Below are positions 36,263 to 47,917 of a DNA stretch of 64,000 nucleotides, piece after piece. How positions within the stretch are numbered: the first letter of the stretch is position 1; each line of letters starts with the position of its first letter. Source of the DNA: Elsinoe ampelina (lineage: Eukaryota). Location of the stretch: contig ML992513.1 of assembly GCA_010093995.1 (NCBI GenBank), positions 679,203 to 743,202 of the forward strand, in the 5' to 3' direction. Below the pieces are notes generated by a model. The model saw nothing but the letters and a program-made list of their open reading frames with translations, had not been told where the DNA came from and ran no database searches. The translations under genes and the position numbers were made by a program.

Positions 36263-36927
36263 CTAGAAACCGTGGACCTTTAAGCAGGTGTCAGCATTAT
36301 TCTCTCCAGCGTCGTATGATCATGACTGACCTTGATGGTTTTGGCATCAAGCTCCAGGCCCTCCTTCTTGTCAATCAAGAATTCCTGCACATCTTTGCGC
36401 TGGTCTCCTTGCAACTGAATCACCTCGCCCATTTCCGTGTCGTTGACGATGGTGCCATTGCAGGCAAATTTCTTCTTGATGACCTTGAGGATCTTCTTCT
36501 GGTCGAATTTCTTGGGTAGTCCTTGGACTGTGGTCAAGGTCTTGCGTCCATTGCGCTCTGTGGAAAATCGTCAGCCTGGTGATGTGGTGATGCTAGTACA
36601 GTCGCAACTCACGTTGGATACGGATATGAATGTAGTTCTGAGACTGCTTGCTTTCTCCTGTATCTTCATCGGCTTCGGCGAAGGGGTCTGTGACACAATA
36701 TGTCAGTTGGGCTGTTCTCAACGGTTTTGTTGAATGCCAGATGGGTCGACGAGGACGATAGAGATGAAGTGGCCGACATCCTGATGCTTATGACCGTGAC
36801 GAGGCCATGATGGTTGTTGCCTGCCATATCGCTCGCTCCGTCGTCCTGTCACGGCGCTTGTATGCGGAAGAGAGGGGTCGAGCTCTGACGTACCAAAGGA
36901 CTTGAGGTTTTCGATCTGGGCGGACAT
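36263..36927 (-). CDS. SUI1: Translation initiation factor eIF1, 4 exons
   Basis: MSAQIENLKSF|DPFAEADE...YIHIRIQ|QRNGRKTLTTVQG...FACNGT...IQLQGDQR...IK|VHGF*. Confidence 0.96.
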
Positions 36928-37569
36928 AAAATCGCAGATGTCGTGGACCGTCTGTCTGGTGTTTGGTTTGTAATGTGAGTTGTTGAGTGAAGGGTATTAC
37001 TGTATCAGTTCTGCTCGCGAAGAGTGGAGATTTGTGTGATTATCAATTTGTGTTGTGGATTGCAGAGGCTGAGTCCAAGTGTGACTGCGAGAGAAAGGCA
37101 AGAGGACGCAGCCGCGGGGTGAGCCTGGAACGGAAGTCACGCTAAACTGAAAGGGGGGTGAAGTGTCTTGGCAATATTTATCTTGCTCGTGAAAGTCGAA
37201 GAGGGTTGAGAGGGTCTGGCTGGTCAGAGCCAAATTTACCCCTCACTCATCCCACCTCCACGTGCAGATACAACACCGTCGCACAATCAGACTGAACGCG
37301 CTATTTTATCTGGCATCATGCAGATGTTCTGGCTGGGATCATCGACTAGCTCTTATCATTTCACCGTTAGCGGATCTCATCCCCACCAAGTCGGATCCTA
37401 CATCCGTTCATGCTGCTGGAGAGCTGGATTGCGTGATTAGACGTGACAGTGCTTGCAGCATGCATGAGTGCGAGCATAGTCCGTCGTAGGCTCGCAGATC
37501 AGGTATAGATAGGTCACGGTAGGTTCTATTTACACTTTGTCGGTTTTTTCTCCTATCCTCTACACAAAC

Positions 37570-38731
37570 ATGGCTCCAACAGCGCTCCCCGTGGACAGTC
37601 ACACACAGAACGGCAATGGCACCGACCTCAAGTCGAGCAAGCGCCAGCCTCTTAAGCCTACTGGCGCCCTTGACAAATTCGAACACGTCGAAGTGACCCC
37701 TATCATCGGCCGCGAGTACGAAACAACCAACATAGTCGACGACATCCTCAACGCCCCCAATGCAGACGAGCTGCTTCGCGACTTGGCCTACGCTAGTGCG
37801 TCCCTCTCCCCTGTCCCAGTATCTCTCTAACGCCCTTCTAGTCTCCTCCCGCGGTGTAGTCTTCTTCCGCGCCCAAGACAACCTCACCAATGACCTCCAA
37901 AAAGACTTCATCAACCGCCTCGGCCTCGCCTCGGGCAAACCCCCCTCCTCCACCCTCCACATCCACCCCGTCCTCAACGACTCCCGCGAATTCGGCGTAG
38001 GCGACAACGAAATCTCCACCATCTCCTCCGAAGCACGCAAGAAGCTCGGCTTCGACCTCAAAACCCAACCGGGCCCCACCACCTCCCACCGCCGCTACGA
38101 AGCCGCAGCCTGGCACTCTGACATCCAATTCGAGCCGATCCCAGCAGACTACACCTCGCTCCGCCTCGTCCAACTCCCGCAAACAGGCGGCGACACCCTC
38201 TGGGCTTCAGGCTACGAACTCTACGACCGCTTCTCCCCCACCTACCAGAAATTCCTCGACGGGCTCACCGCGACCTTCATCGGGGACGGGTTCCACCGCG
38301 CTGCGAAACGAGGCGGCTTCACGCTGTACGACAAAGAGCGCGGCAGCCCGGAGAATACCGGCACCGAGCTCTCGGCCGTGCACCCCGTGGTGCGCACCAA
38401 TCCAGTCACGGGGTGGAAGAGCATCTTCTCCATCGGCGGGTTCCCCAAGTACATCAACGAGTTGTACAAGGAGGAGAGCGATGAGTTGCTGAAGAGGTTC
38501 TTGGATATGATCCACCAGAACCACGATTTGCAGGTGCGGTTCAAGTGGAGGAACAAGAACGATATTGCCATTTGGGATAACAGGAGCGTGTTTCATACGG
38601 CGACGTTTGATTATGATGGGCTTGGGGAGAGGTTTGGGAATAGGGCCGTTGGGATTGGGGAGAGGCCGTATCATGATGCGGAGAGTAAGAGTAGGACTGT
38701 GGCTTTGAAGGAGGAGGGGAGGTTCTTCTAG
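37570..38731 (+). CDS. Alpha-ketoglutarate-dependent sulfonate/taurine dioxygenase (TauD family), 2 exons
   Basis: RGVVFFRAQ, WHSD, GGDTLWAS, HPVVRTNPVTGWK, WDNRSVFH. Confidence 0.92.
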
Positions 38732-38802
38732 ATGGTTGTACTGGTTGGTCAGGCTATATCTGGGACTAGCTGTTGTTCCAAATGACACTGCTGCGATGAC
38801 GA

Positions 38803-39734
38803 CTACTCTGCTTTCTTGGCTTGTGCTCTTAGGCCTGGTGCTGTGCTGTCGGCGGCTTCCATGTCTGCGGCCCACAACGCTGCACCCACCACGTTCGTGA
38901 AGGCGAAGAACACGCCGACCACGGGGACCATCTCGAGAAGGACTGCAACAACGCCGAAGCCAGTGTACGCTCCTCTACGATGCTCGACGTGCTCCTCCTT
39001 CCTGTGGTTGTTCATACCCTTGAGCTGGAAGTAACGGGCATGAGCTCCTGGTCCGGTCTTCTTGCCCTGCAAGAGAATGAAGATGCCAGTACCCACGATA
39101 GGGATGAAGTTGAGTGGTAAATACATAAAGTACCTGATAATGGCGGAAGGGGTGAAGCGCTGAAAGGGCTTGGAGACCAGCTTTCCGAGACGGGCGATGG
39201 AGTCGCCTCCGGACTTGACTTGGCGATTGGAAGCGACAAGCTCGGTCTGGCCTTTGGATACAAGTGTCTAGTCCTGTCAGCATGAGTCTACGTTACTGAA
39301 ACCGAAACATACTCCATCGAACGTGTCCACGAGGCTGTCCTCAATGAGGAACGTCTTAGCGGAGACCATGAAGATGGTGCTGGCTTCGCTCAAGACCAGC
39401 AAGGCAGTCGTTACGGCGGCAATCGGTCCATTGAAGAGCGCGAGCACGGCGGCTTGAGGAAGATAGGTGAAGAAAAACATGGAGGTAAAGATGCCAACGC
39501 CCATGGTGATACAAGGCACGATCTTCTCCATCAGGGGCTTCCACAAGGCGCGATGAGAAGCATAGTAGTAGATGCCCTGACGCGATGGTCAGTACTATTC
39601 CTTCGCATCAATGCAATTTACCGTACCTTGATGGGATACAGGTATGCCTGAGATTGAACAGCATCTTTGGTCAGCTGCTTGACCCTCTGCCCTTCCTCCT
39701 TGGCGGTAGTCTTGATCTTGTCGTCGATGGCCAT
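38803..39734 (-). CDS. EI24-family membrane protein (Rrt8/Lds-like), 3 exons
   Basis: AYLYPIK|GIYY, FFTYLPQAA, PLNFIPIVG, HARYFQLKG, GAYTGFG, GAALWAADME. Confidence 0.8.
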
Positions 39735-40167
39735 GTTGAGGTTTTCGAGCTGCACGACGAATTTGGACTGGATGTGGAAAAAGACAGACCTTGCAGAGAC
39801 GATTGACACTTCAATGGGCAGCGGTCGTGCAGAAACATTCCCGTCCTGCCCCTCCTACGTCATACCTTCGACACACTTTTGCTCACGCGTCTGAGTCGCG
39901 ATGTATGCTCTCTCATGTTCTGTCACGTATCAATCGAGACTCCTTGACGAGGACATAGTTCTCCATTCATGTCAGCCGGGATGAGAAGTCGAGTGTGAGG
40001 TGGGTAGCAGGAAATGCTGAGATATACATTGTATTGGTTCAAGCTGAGTCAGCTATCGGTTTTTGCTTTTGCATTTCAACCGCCGATACCATGAACGAAT
40101 CTGATAAGTTTAATCTGGCGATATCATACAGCAGAGACACTTATAGAGTATTGCGATCGCGGTCACG

Positions 40168-40947
40168 ATGTCGGACATGAAGACGGCTACGAATGCGTCT
40201 GCAGGGCGACAAATTCGCATACTGCTCATCAACCCCAACGCTACCAAGTCAATGACAGATGCATGTGTCGATATGGTCGCCAGCACATTGCCACCAGATG
40301 TATCTGTCACTGGCTTCACCGCTCCACAACCAGCGCCATTGGCGATTGAGGGCAACTTTGACGGCGTTATGTCAGCTGCTGCCTCGATGCGGGCAGTCAT
40401 GCCGATTGCTTCGGAGTACGATGCCTTTCTCGTAGCATGCTACAGCGATCATCCTTTGACCAAGATGCTGCGAGAAGAGTTCAGTCAACCTACGATCGGG
40501 ATCATGGAAGCTTCCCTATTCGCCGCCCGAACACTTGGTGGACGATTGGGTCTGGTGGCCACAGGTGCTCGAAGCAAAGTCATGGGAGAGGACTCCATAA
40601 GGTATTACGGAATGGAACCATTCTGCGCCGGCGTTGAACACTGCGGACTTGGTGTGCTTGACCTTGAGCACAAGCCTGAGGAGGAGATCTTCGGTATCAT
40701 GGTGGACACGGCAAAAAGACTGGTCGAGAGAGGAGCAGATGTGCTGACCCTGGGCTGCGCTGGTATGACAAAGCTGAAGCCAGTGATTGAAGAAGCCGTT
40801 GGTTCAGGCGTCCAAGTCGTTGATGGTGTCCTGGCAGGTGTCCACCATCTGATCGGCATTGTAAGGATGGGAGGCAGCACTGCCAAAGCTGGACTTTATA
40901 ATAGCTCCGCAGATGGGAGGAAGGCGAGAGGACAGACCTATCATTAG
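40168..40947 (+). CDS. Asp/Glu/hydantoin racemase family protein (Dcg1-like)
   Basis: ILLINPN, FLVACYSDHPL, GIMEAS, LGCAGM, VVDGV. Confidence 0.88.
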   Translation: MSDMKTATNASAGRQIRILLINPNATKSMTDACVDMVASTLPPDVSVTGFTAPQPAPLAIEGNFDGVMSAAASMRAVMPIASEYDAFLVACYSDHPLTKMLREEFSQPTIGIMEASLFAARTLGGRLGLVATGARSKVMGEDSIRYYGMEPFCAGVEHCGLGVLDLEHKPEEEIFGIMVDTAKRLVERGADVLTLGCAGMTKLKPVIEEAVGSGVQVVDGVLAGVHHLIGIVRMGGSTAKAGLYNSSADGRKARGQTYH

Positions 40948-41343
40948 CGATGCAGCATCCAACAAAGACATCTTGAGATCATCAAGACCAGGATCCACTT
41001 CACGAATGACCACCACCCCACTGAGCTTCGGACGGCAATTGTTTTGACCAAAGAGCAACTCTGGATCAGGGCTCACCAAGCAGCCAAACCCCGCGGAACC
41101 CCGCCAGGTCCCGCCCCCTCCTCCGCATTTTTCTCCACAACAGGTCCGTCATCCGCGTCACCTCATCGATAGTCGAATAGATTGCTTGTCAAGCGCCAAT
41201 GCCAGGCACAAGACCGCGGACACGGCGACCAACGGAACGGCAGGTAAGTTGAGGGCTAGGGAAAGCTGAGCTTGAGCTCGTAGGTCTTCTCCAATTTGTT
41301 CCTCTTCCTCACTTTTCCAATTGCAATCTCAGAACTCTTCATC

Positions 41344-42743
41344 ATGTCTGCACAACCTCAGCTCGTAGATCCGACACAGGCTACGGCCGCACAGATCCCT
41401 CTCCAGTCCTTCACAATCCCTCCCTTTCCGCCAGAAGCGAAACATCTCCGCGCACTCACCCTCACCTCCGACATCAAGCTCGACGAATACCAATCGCTCC
41501 TCGACAAAGCCTGGTCGATCCCATCAGGAGAAGGTACCACCACCATCGCTCAAACATGCCCCTCCCTCGAAGCCCTCACCCTCGAGCTCTTCTCCCTCGG
41601 CTACCCACCCGGCTTCCTCTCCGTCCTCGCCAACGACGTCGCACCCAACACCAAGACCCTGACCGTCTACTCTCAACTCCTCGCCGGCATCTCCGACGAC
41701 TCCCGCGACGACGCCATCCGCTTCTTCGAGCGCCTCACCGAGCTCCGCGCCCTACACCTCCTCGACGTCTTCGCCCGCCCGGGCTTCTGGTCCCGCGTGG
41801 CCCCCTTCCTCCGCTCACCCAAAGACAACACCCCCACCTCCTCCGACCAGGATGAAAAAATCGACGAAGCCCACCCTCCCCCTGCCCCTCCCAGCGCGAA
41901 CCGCAAAGGCCTCCTCGCCCTCGAACTCAACTACACAACCCAGCACTCCGACCCCCTCTTCCTCTCCAAAGTCCACTCGTCCGAACTCCCCCTCCTCATC
42001 TCCCCGACCCTCATCTCGCTGTCCTTCAACGTCTCCGAAGCAGACGTCACCAACGACCCGGAAGATCCCGCCAACGCGCCTCTCCTCCCGAAGGACGACG
42101 AGACGGACGAGGAGAAGAAGGCGCGGTTGGAGCAGGAAATCGGCCGTGATGGCGTCATGACGTTTAATAAGTCCAATGCCGTGGGATTAGTCAAGGCGTT
42201 GACGGAGGAAGGGTGGGCGCCGAGGGAGCTGAGGTTGTTGAATCTGACGCTGTACACGTTGGGGCTGGGGGATTTGAGGAGGATCATGGAGAGGCATACG
42301 GGGTTGTTGGTGGTGGGGGTGACGGTGGAGGTGGAGGAGGCGGGGAGGACGAGGAAGGAGGTGGTGAGGTTGTTGAAGGAGTGTGCGAAGGGGGTGGAGC
42401 AGATGGAGGTGGTGGTGAGTCCGAGTTTGGGGTTTTATATGCAGGTGAGTGGTTGCTGTTCTGGAGCGGGCGGGGGGAGAGTGCTGATGAGACACAGGTT
42501 AATAGGGTGCCGTCGACGGCGTTGAAGGATGCTTTCCCTTCGAAGGAGGATCTGGAGGAGTTGGACAAGGCGGGATGTAAGTTGCAGTGCTTCAAGGCCA
42601 CAGTGCTGCGGAGTGCACATTTGCAGAAGTTGGAGTGGGAGAAGAAGGGCGGGAAGTGGACTGGAGGGTTTATACCTGGGACAGCACAAAAGGAAGAGGA
42701 GGACAAGAGAAGGAAGCAGGAAGCTTTGCCAGAGGTGAAGTGA
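41344..42743 (+). CDS. Uncharacterised fungal protein with LRR-like leucine pattern; intron ~42445-42505
   Basis: Long ORF (LEALTLELFSLGYPPGFL, LRALHLLDVF) spliced in frame to VPSTALKDAFPS... Confidence 0.7.
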
Positions 42744-43077
42744 GTGGTGCAATACAAGGAAAAGGATATAACTATGCTTGAGTAAGGATAGAGCTTCACT
42801 GTTTGACTCAAACAAGGCAATGTATGTGAAGCAAGTTCTCGTTCTGTCAGCGATCTATCAGACATCTGCATATCTTCAAGTCTCTCCAAGCTGAGTGTTG
42901 ATGCACGACCAACGTCTCAATCCGCCCAATGGTAGTTCGTGAGCAGCAAGCAAGTTCCCGGGTATCGTACAACGCCTATCTCTGCAAGCAAATCAAATCT
43001 GTCTTGATGTTCCTTGTCTCCGCACTCGCCCGGGCAGGGAACCGCGGAAGCCTTAATCCCTCATCTCCGGTGAGGCT

Positions 43078-44868
43078 TTAGCGGAGGGGGGAGAGCCCAG
43101 ACGGGTCCTCAATAGTCGGACGATCTCGCTGATTGAGCGGGGTGAAGCCAAGCAAGTCGTCCGCTGTATATAGACGCTGAGCCATGGCGTAGCTGTAGGT
43201 ACGGCCCCAAGACGATACGAGAGCATCGTTGTTTGGTTCGCGGAGCACGGAAGAGACTGTGCTGACACTTTGCGCGTGTGGGATCGAGGCCTTGGCTCCG
43301 AGTCCAGGGGCGCTCGCTCGAAGACGAGCCTCATCGAAAATCGGCTCGAGAGCTATACTCGACATCCAATGAGGTGCCTTGCTCGGGTGGTGCATGAAAG
43401 CTGGGTGAGCTACGACTATCGGATGAATCATGCCTTGCATATACTGATGATATTGAGACATGTCAAAAGTCTGCATGGCGCAGCCATTGAAAGGGTCTGC
43501 ATTGACGAAGATGACTTCGATGGCAAGTAGAGCCCAGACAAGCTGGTGAGCATCTTGGATGCAAAAACCATGACGAGCCTGATGATGTCAGAATGGGCAT
43601 ATTATGTTTGGGATATTTGCTTACGCTGAAAGCTTGCACGGCAGGACCGGCAAACTCTTCCTTGAAGCAAACATAACCATGGAACCAGGGCGGTGTAAGA
43701 CCATGATTCTGGTGAAATTGATGCTGAATGGAGATGGCCGTGACTGTGCCAAAGTGCTTGAAGAGCTCTCTCAACTGAGGCTTCGTCGTTGTCGTAGGCA
43801 TGCCATCAACCAAGATGATACTACCATGCTTGGAGGTGTGCGCCACACTCTTGATACCGGCGTAGTGAGCTGCATTGCGAGTGGCTGCAGGCATCTTGGG
43901 GACATGAGAGCTTGGGTAGGGGCGAAGACGCAGGCTTGTACTCTTGTCGCGGAACAGCTCGAAACGGTATGTGTTGTGGCGGCAGAGAGCCTTGAAGGCA
44001 TCTTGACACGAACCGTAGAGCTTGAAGTGACACCAGACTCCCTTTGGAAGATAGTAGAAGGCTTGCTGGTCTTCGGGTGCGGTCTGAATACGCTCGATCT
44101 CGCCGAAATCCTGAAGGAGTTCCCGAATACGTTCGAGATCGTTGCTGTCGATGTGGTCTTTGAGCTTGTGACTGCAGAACAGAGTGCGTTCGCACTTGGC
44201 GATCTCGATGCGGACAGGACGACCTCCGACACGGATACCTTGACCTTCGGAGAGGGCTTTTTGCGCATGTTCGCGTTTCTGTGACACGTCAGCGAGATTC
44301 AAGGAAGGCCGAATGAGACTTACCGTGTACTGGACGAAGGCGACTGGCAAATGAGTATGATCGCGGCGGACCTTGACATAGACGTTGCCGAATTGCAGGA
44401 AAGCTTGTTCAAGCTCTGACCGGATGTGCATGTCAGGCATATTTTTTGGTAGATTCGCAACGAAGATGCAAGCATCGGGAGGAAGGATATGCTGAGCATT
44501 GTCGCCGTTGATGACCATGCTGACGGTAGAGCCCAGAGACTCGTCGATGGGAAAGTGCGGGTCGTAAGACCCATCACAACCTGGTGGTGGAGCTTCATTT
44601 TGCATGTCGTTGTCGGAGTCGCTGCGCATATCGAAGATTGAATCCGAGAAAGTGTCCAAGTTGCTCGAACCTGCGTTGCTGAATGTCATGTCGTCAAGAT
44701 CGCCGAGCATACTTTCGAGAGCAGCGGGGCTTGAAGCGGCTGAGTGTGAGCTTGGAGGACGTGGGCAGCTGGAGCAAGATGCTGAGCGCCTAATGTTGAT
44801 TGGCTCTGTGAACTAAGGTCAGCAGCATGGAGATATATCGAGGGCCAGAGATTGAGCTTACGGGACAT
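43078..44868 (-). CDS. Multi-RRM RNA-binding protein, Rim4-like, 4 exons (first coding exon 7 nt)
   Basis: PPDACIFVANLP...FGNVYVKVRRDHTHLPVAFVQYT resembles Rim4 RRM1; GRPVRIEIAK; third RRM ILVDGMP...LRELFKHFG; introns hand-spliced in frame. Confidence 0.72.
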
Positions 44869-46339
44869 TGTGATATCAGAGGTGAGGGCTGCCAGATGGC
44901 CTTTCCCGAGTGCTTCAATCTGCTCTGCAGGGTCGGAAACAGGAAAGGAGAAGCCAACTTGCAGCTGGATCGTTCCCAGGGTTGCGTGCTGCAGAAGTTT
45001 TGTAAGTGGGAAGGAGGAGAGATGAAGGATGAAGCACTGTATGGTATGGTGAGTTGTGAAGCTATGACCACGCTGTTCACACGGGAAGTTGGCCGACGCC
45101 GGAGTGCTTTCGTGGGAAGATTCCATGATACTGCCTTGACTGCCTTGGATGCCTTGGATAGCCGCAGTGCCAGCAATGACCCAAACTCACAGCACCTGCA
45201 AACCAGCGTGTCAGTCTACTCGTAAAGGCCGTTTGATCAACAGCTGCCAATTGGATACGTTCATGGCGAGCCGGCCATGTCCACAATCAGATCAGGAGCA
45301 GAATGCGCCAGGACCATGCGGACACCAATGTGAATTGCTACCAGGGATTGCTGGTCCTTTGTGCCCTCCACAAGACCTTCATTGTCTGAGATCAATCTGA
45401 CCGGACGCAAAGGAGATTGAGGCTCACTTGTTTGTACCTCCGATTTGCGCATGGTTGTCGTCAAGGTATCATTTCTTGGTCACGAACGCTGACATCATGC
45501 ATCTCGAAACGCCTTGCGCCCAATGCAGAGGACAGCCGCCGGCACCAGCAGTCTGATCATCACGACTGTCAAGGATGGCACGAGACTTCCTCTTCACAGA
45601 CGTCCTCGTAGCGGACAAGAACAAACGGTGAAGAAAACAACAAGGCAGGGCGATTGAGTGGGCAGTATTGTGGACAGCTTGCACATGTGGCAATCAGAAG
45701 CTGGGAGAGCGACTATCAAGGGCCCACGGTGATGGATGGAAAGAAGCCACGCGACGATTGATGGATGAAGGACGGAGAGAGGGAGGCGAAGACGAGATGA
45801 AGTCGTGGTTTGTTTTTGGTTGGCGGAGTTGCACACGCCACCCGTTCGCCGCACACACGCGTGACATCTTCTTTCCACGATCCTCTCTCCCCTTTCTTCT
45901 TTGCTTCACTCTCCCGACTCGCACACAGACAATTTCATCGTCCCACAGATCCATCTCCCTTTGGACTGGCGCCAGGTTGCTTACGATGGTTCCAGAAATG
46001 CTCTCATGTGTCATGGGTCGATCAAGAATAGCGTACAAGCACAGGCCCTAACATGCTGACAGCGGGTCAATGTTAGCCTGGGCCTCCAGTACCAGCGTTG
46101 GCCGACTTACAAGGCGTGTGTACATCATACTCTTCTACTTTTCCTTCTTCTTTCTTGTTACTGCGCTACGATCCCGCGAGCTCCGGTCCTGTACTCATAA
46201 AGCTAACGTTACATTCAACGGGTCTCACCATGACGCTGCAAATACATAACGGCGGATTTAGTCGGATCTCTTCCACATATTGAGATCCAATGCATCTTCT
46301 GAATGACCTAAAATCTGCTCTGAGGGACGCGCTGCACAG

Positions 46340-47533
46340 ATGAGCCTTCACGGCCGTGAGGTAACCCAGTTTGGCTTTGAACAAGGGCAATCGCCTTTGT
46401 ATTCCGCGCTTCCTGCAGAACTCCGGCTAGCAGTACTCCGATACTGTCTCTCTGTCTGCAATCATCCGACATCTCAATTCAATCGAGATAGTATCTGGAG
46501 AAGACTAGACTATGATAGGCCGCAAATAGTGCACACAAGCATCTTGCGCACGTGTAGACGCCTTCATGATGAAGGGCTACGGGTGCTCGATCAAAATCTT
46601 GACTATACTATCTTCTTCACAGCGCCGCCGGAGCGACCGCCCCAGTGTACCAACCCATTCGACCTAGAACGCCGGCTGCAGGATCTGGCTCAACAGGGTC
46701 GACGACCCAGTGTCCGGAATTTGCAGGTCTTTGCCAATCTAGCGCTGCTTGAGTCGACACGAAGCTTGCAAGATTTGCTCGATATTGAGCATTTGCATCC
46801 CCGGAATGTGACACTGGCCATTCGTCACGTAGACTTCCGCGACTGGGAGCATGATGCGCCCCTGGCGATCAACTCGGTATGGGTGTCGCAGACCAGATTG
46901 CCAAACAGCGTCCGCACAGTCGTTGTGCAAATTGAAAGCCTGGGTCGGAAGACGCAACAACTCGATCACATTGCAAAGATCGCCTCACGCTCCTGGACCT
47001 TTCAGCGCAAGGACGGTACCCTATTGGCAGTGAATCCGACGAGGACGACGACGCAGCAATGGCAGGGTCGATCTACTTTGAACGACAAGAAGTGGGTACG
47101 AGATGAAACTGCTCCACACCAACTCAGCTACCATCTCATCTCGCTGCATTTCATCCCGACGGGAGACCCGAGCTTCACAAGACCTCGTCCCGAAGATCTC
47201 TCTGTACCCGCAGAAATGGCCAAATCACTATTGCACATGGCTCCCAGCATTAGGGTTGCCGATAAACAGTTTCACCGTATGCTGACTCGCCACACAAATG
47301 CCATCTTCGCCGGCAGTCAGCATGGAGGTTTTCTGACCATGTGTCCCGGGAGCTGGCCAGGAGATGCAAGCCGTCGGTCTGGTAGTGTGGAGGAGATGGA
47401 TCCGACCTGGTTGTTTCCAAAGTTGGACTGGTTGCTGATGGAGCCTGAGGATGCGAGATTCGGCGGGAGGGTGACTGGGTACTATCACCAGGATCGGGTG
47501 CAGAGGTCGAGATGTTCGTCGATAAACGGGTAA
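46340..47533 (+). CDS. Hypothetical fungal protein with F-box-like N-terminal motif
   Basis: 397-aa intronless ORF; QSPLYSALPAELRLAVLRY and SILRTCRRLHDEG motifs. Confidence 0.7.
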   Translation: MSLHGREVTQFGFEQGQSPLYSALPAELRLAVLRYCLSVCNHPTSQFNRDSIWRRLDYDRPQIVHTSILRTCRRLHDEGLRVLDQNLDYTIFFTAPPERPPQCTNPFDLERRLQDLAQQGRRPSVRNLQVFANLALLESTRSLQDLLDIEHLHPRNVTLAIRHVDFRDWEHDAPLAINSVWVSQTRLPNSVRTVVVQIESLGRKTQQLDHIAKIASRSWTFQRKDGTLLAVNPTRTTTQQWQGRSTLNDKKWVRDETAPHQLSYHLISLHFIPTGDPSFTRPRPEDLSVPAEMAKSLLHMAPSIRVADKQFHRMLTRHTNAIFAGSQHGGFLTMCPGSWPGDASRRSGSVEEMDPTWLFPKLDWLLMEPEDARFGGRVTGYYHQDRVQRSRCSSING

Positions 47534-47917
47534 AACTAGGTACACCCTGTTCTTGCTGGGATTTCTGAGCATCTCGAAGCTGGGTGGTCGCAAAGGCACG
47601 TAGGCTGGAGGCAGTTGCTTTGCATTATATAGACTCGTAGTATCGAAATACTGCCATATTTCAAATTTCGAAATACTTTCTGTCTCGACATTTGAATGAG
47701 AGCCCAGGATTTCCGCAGACTCTGAAGGTCACCGTCTTGGTAGAGGCTGACAGCTGAAACGCCACCAAGGTGCGGCTGGAATTCAGGCAACCTCACCTTG
47801 ACACGATACATGATAGGACGTAACCATTCTTCTTCCAGCTCATGGCTCAATGCGCCTCAAGTAGTGTTCCTCCCCAGATGAAACATACTCGGCAACCACA
47901 TAGATATCTATGCCACC

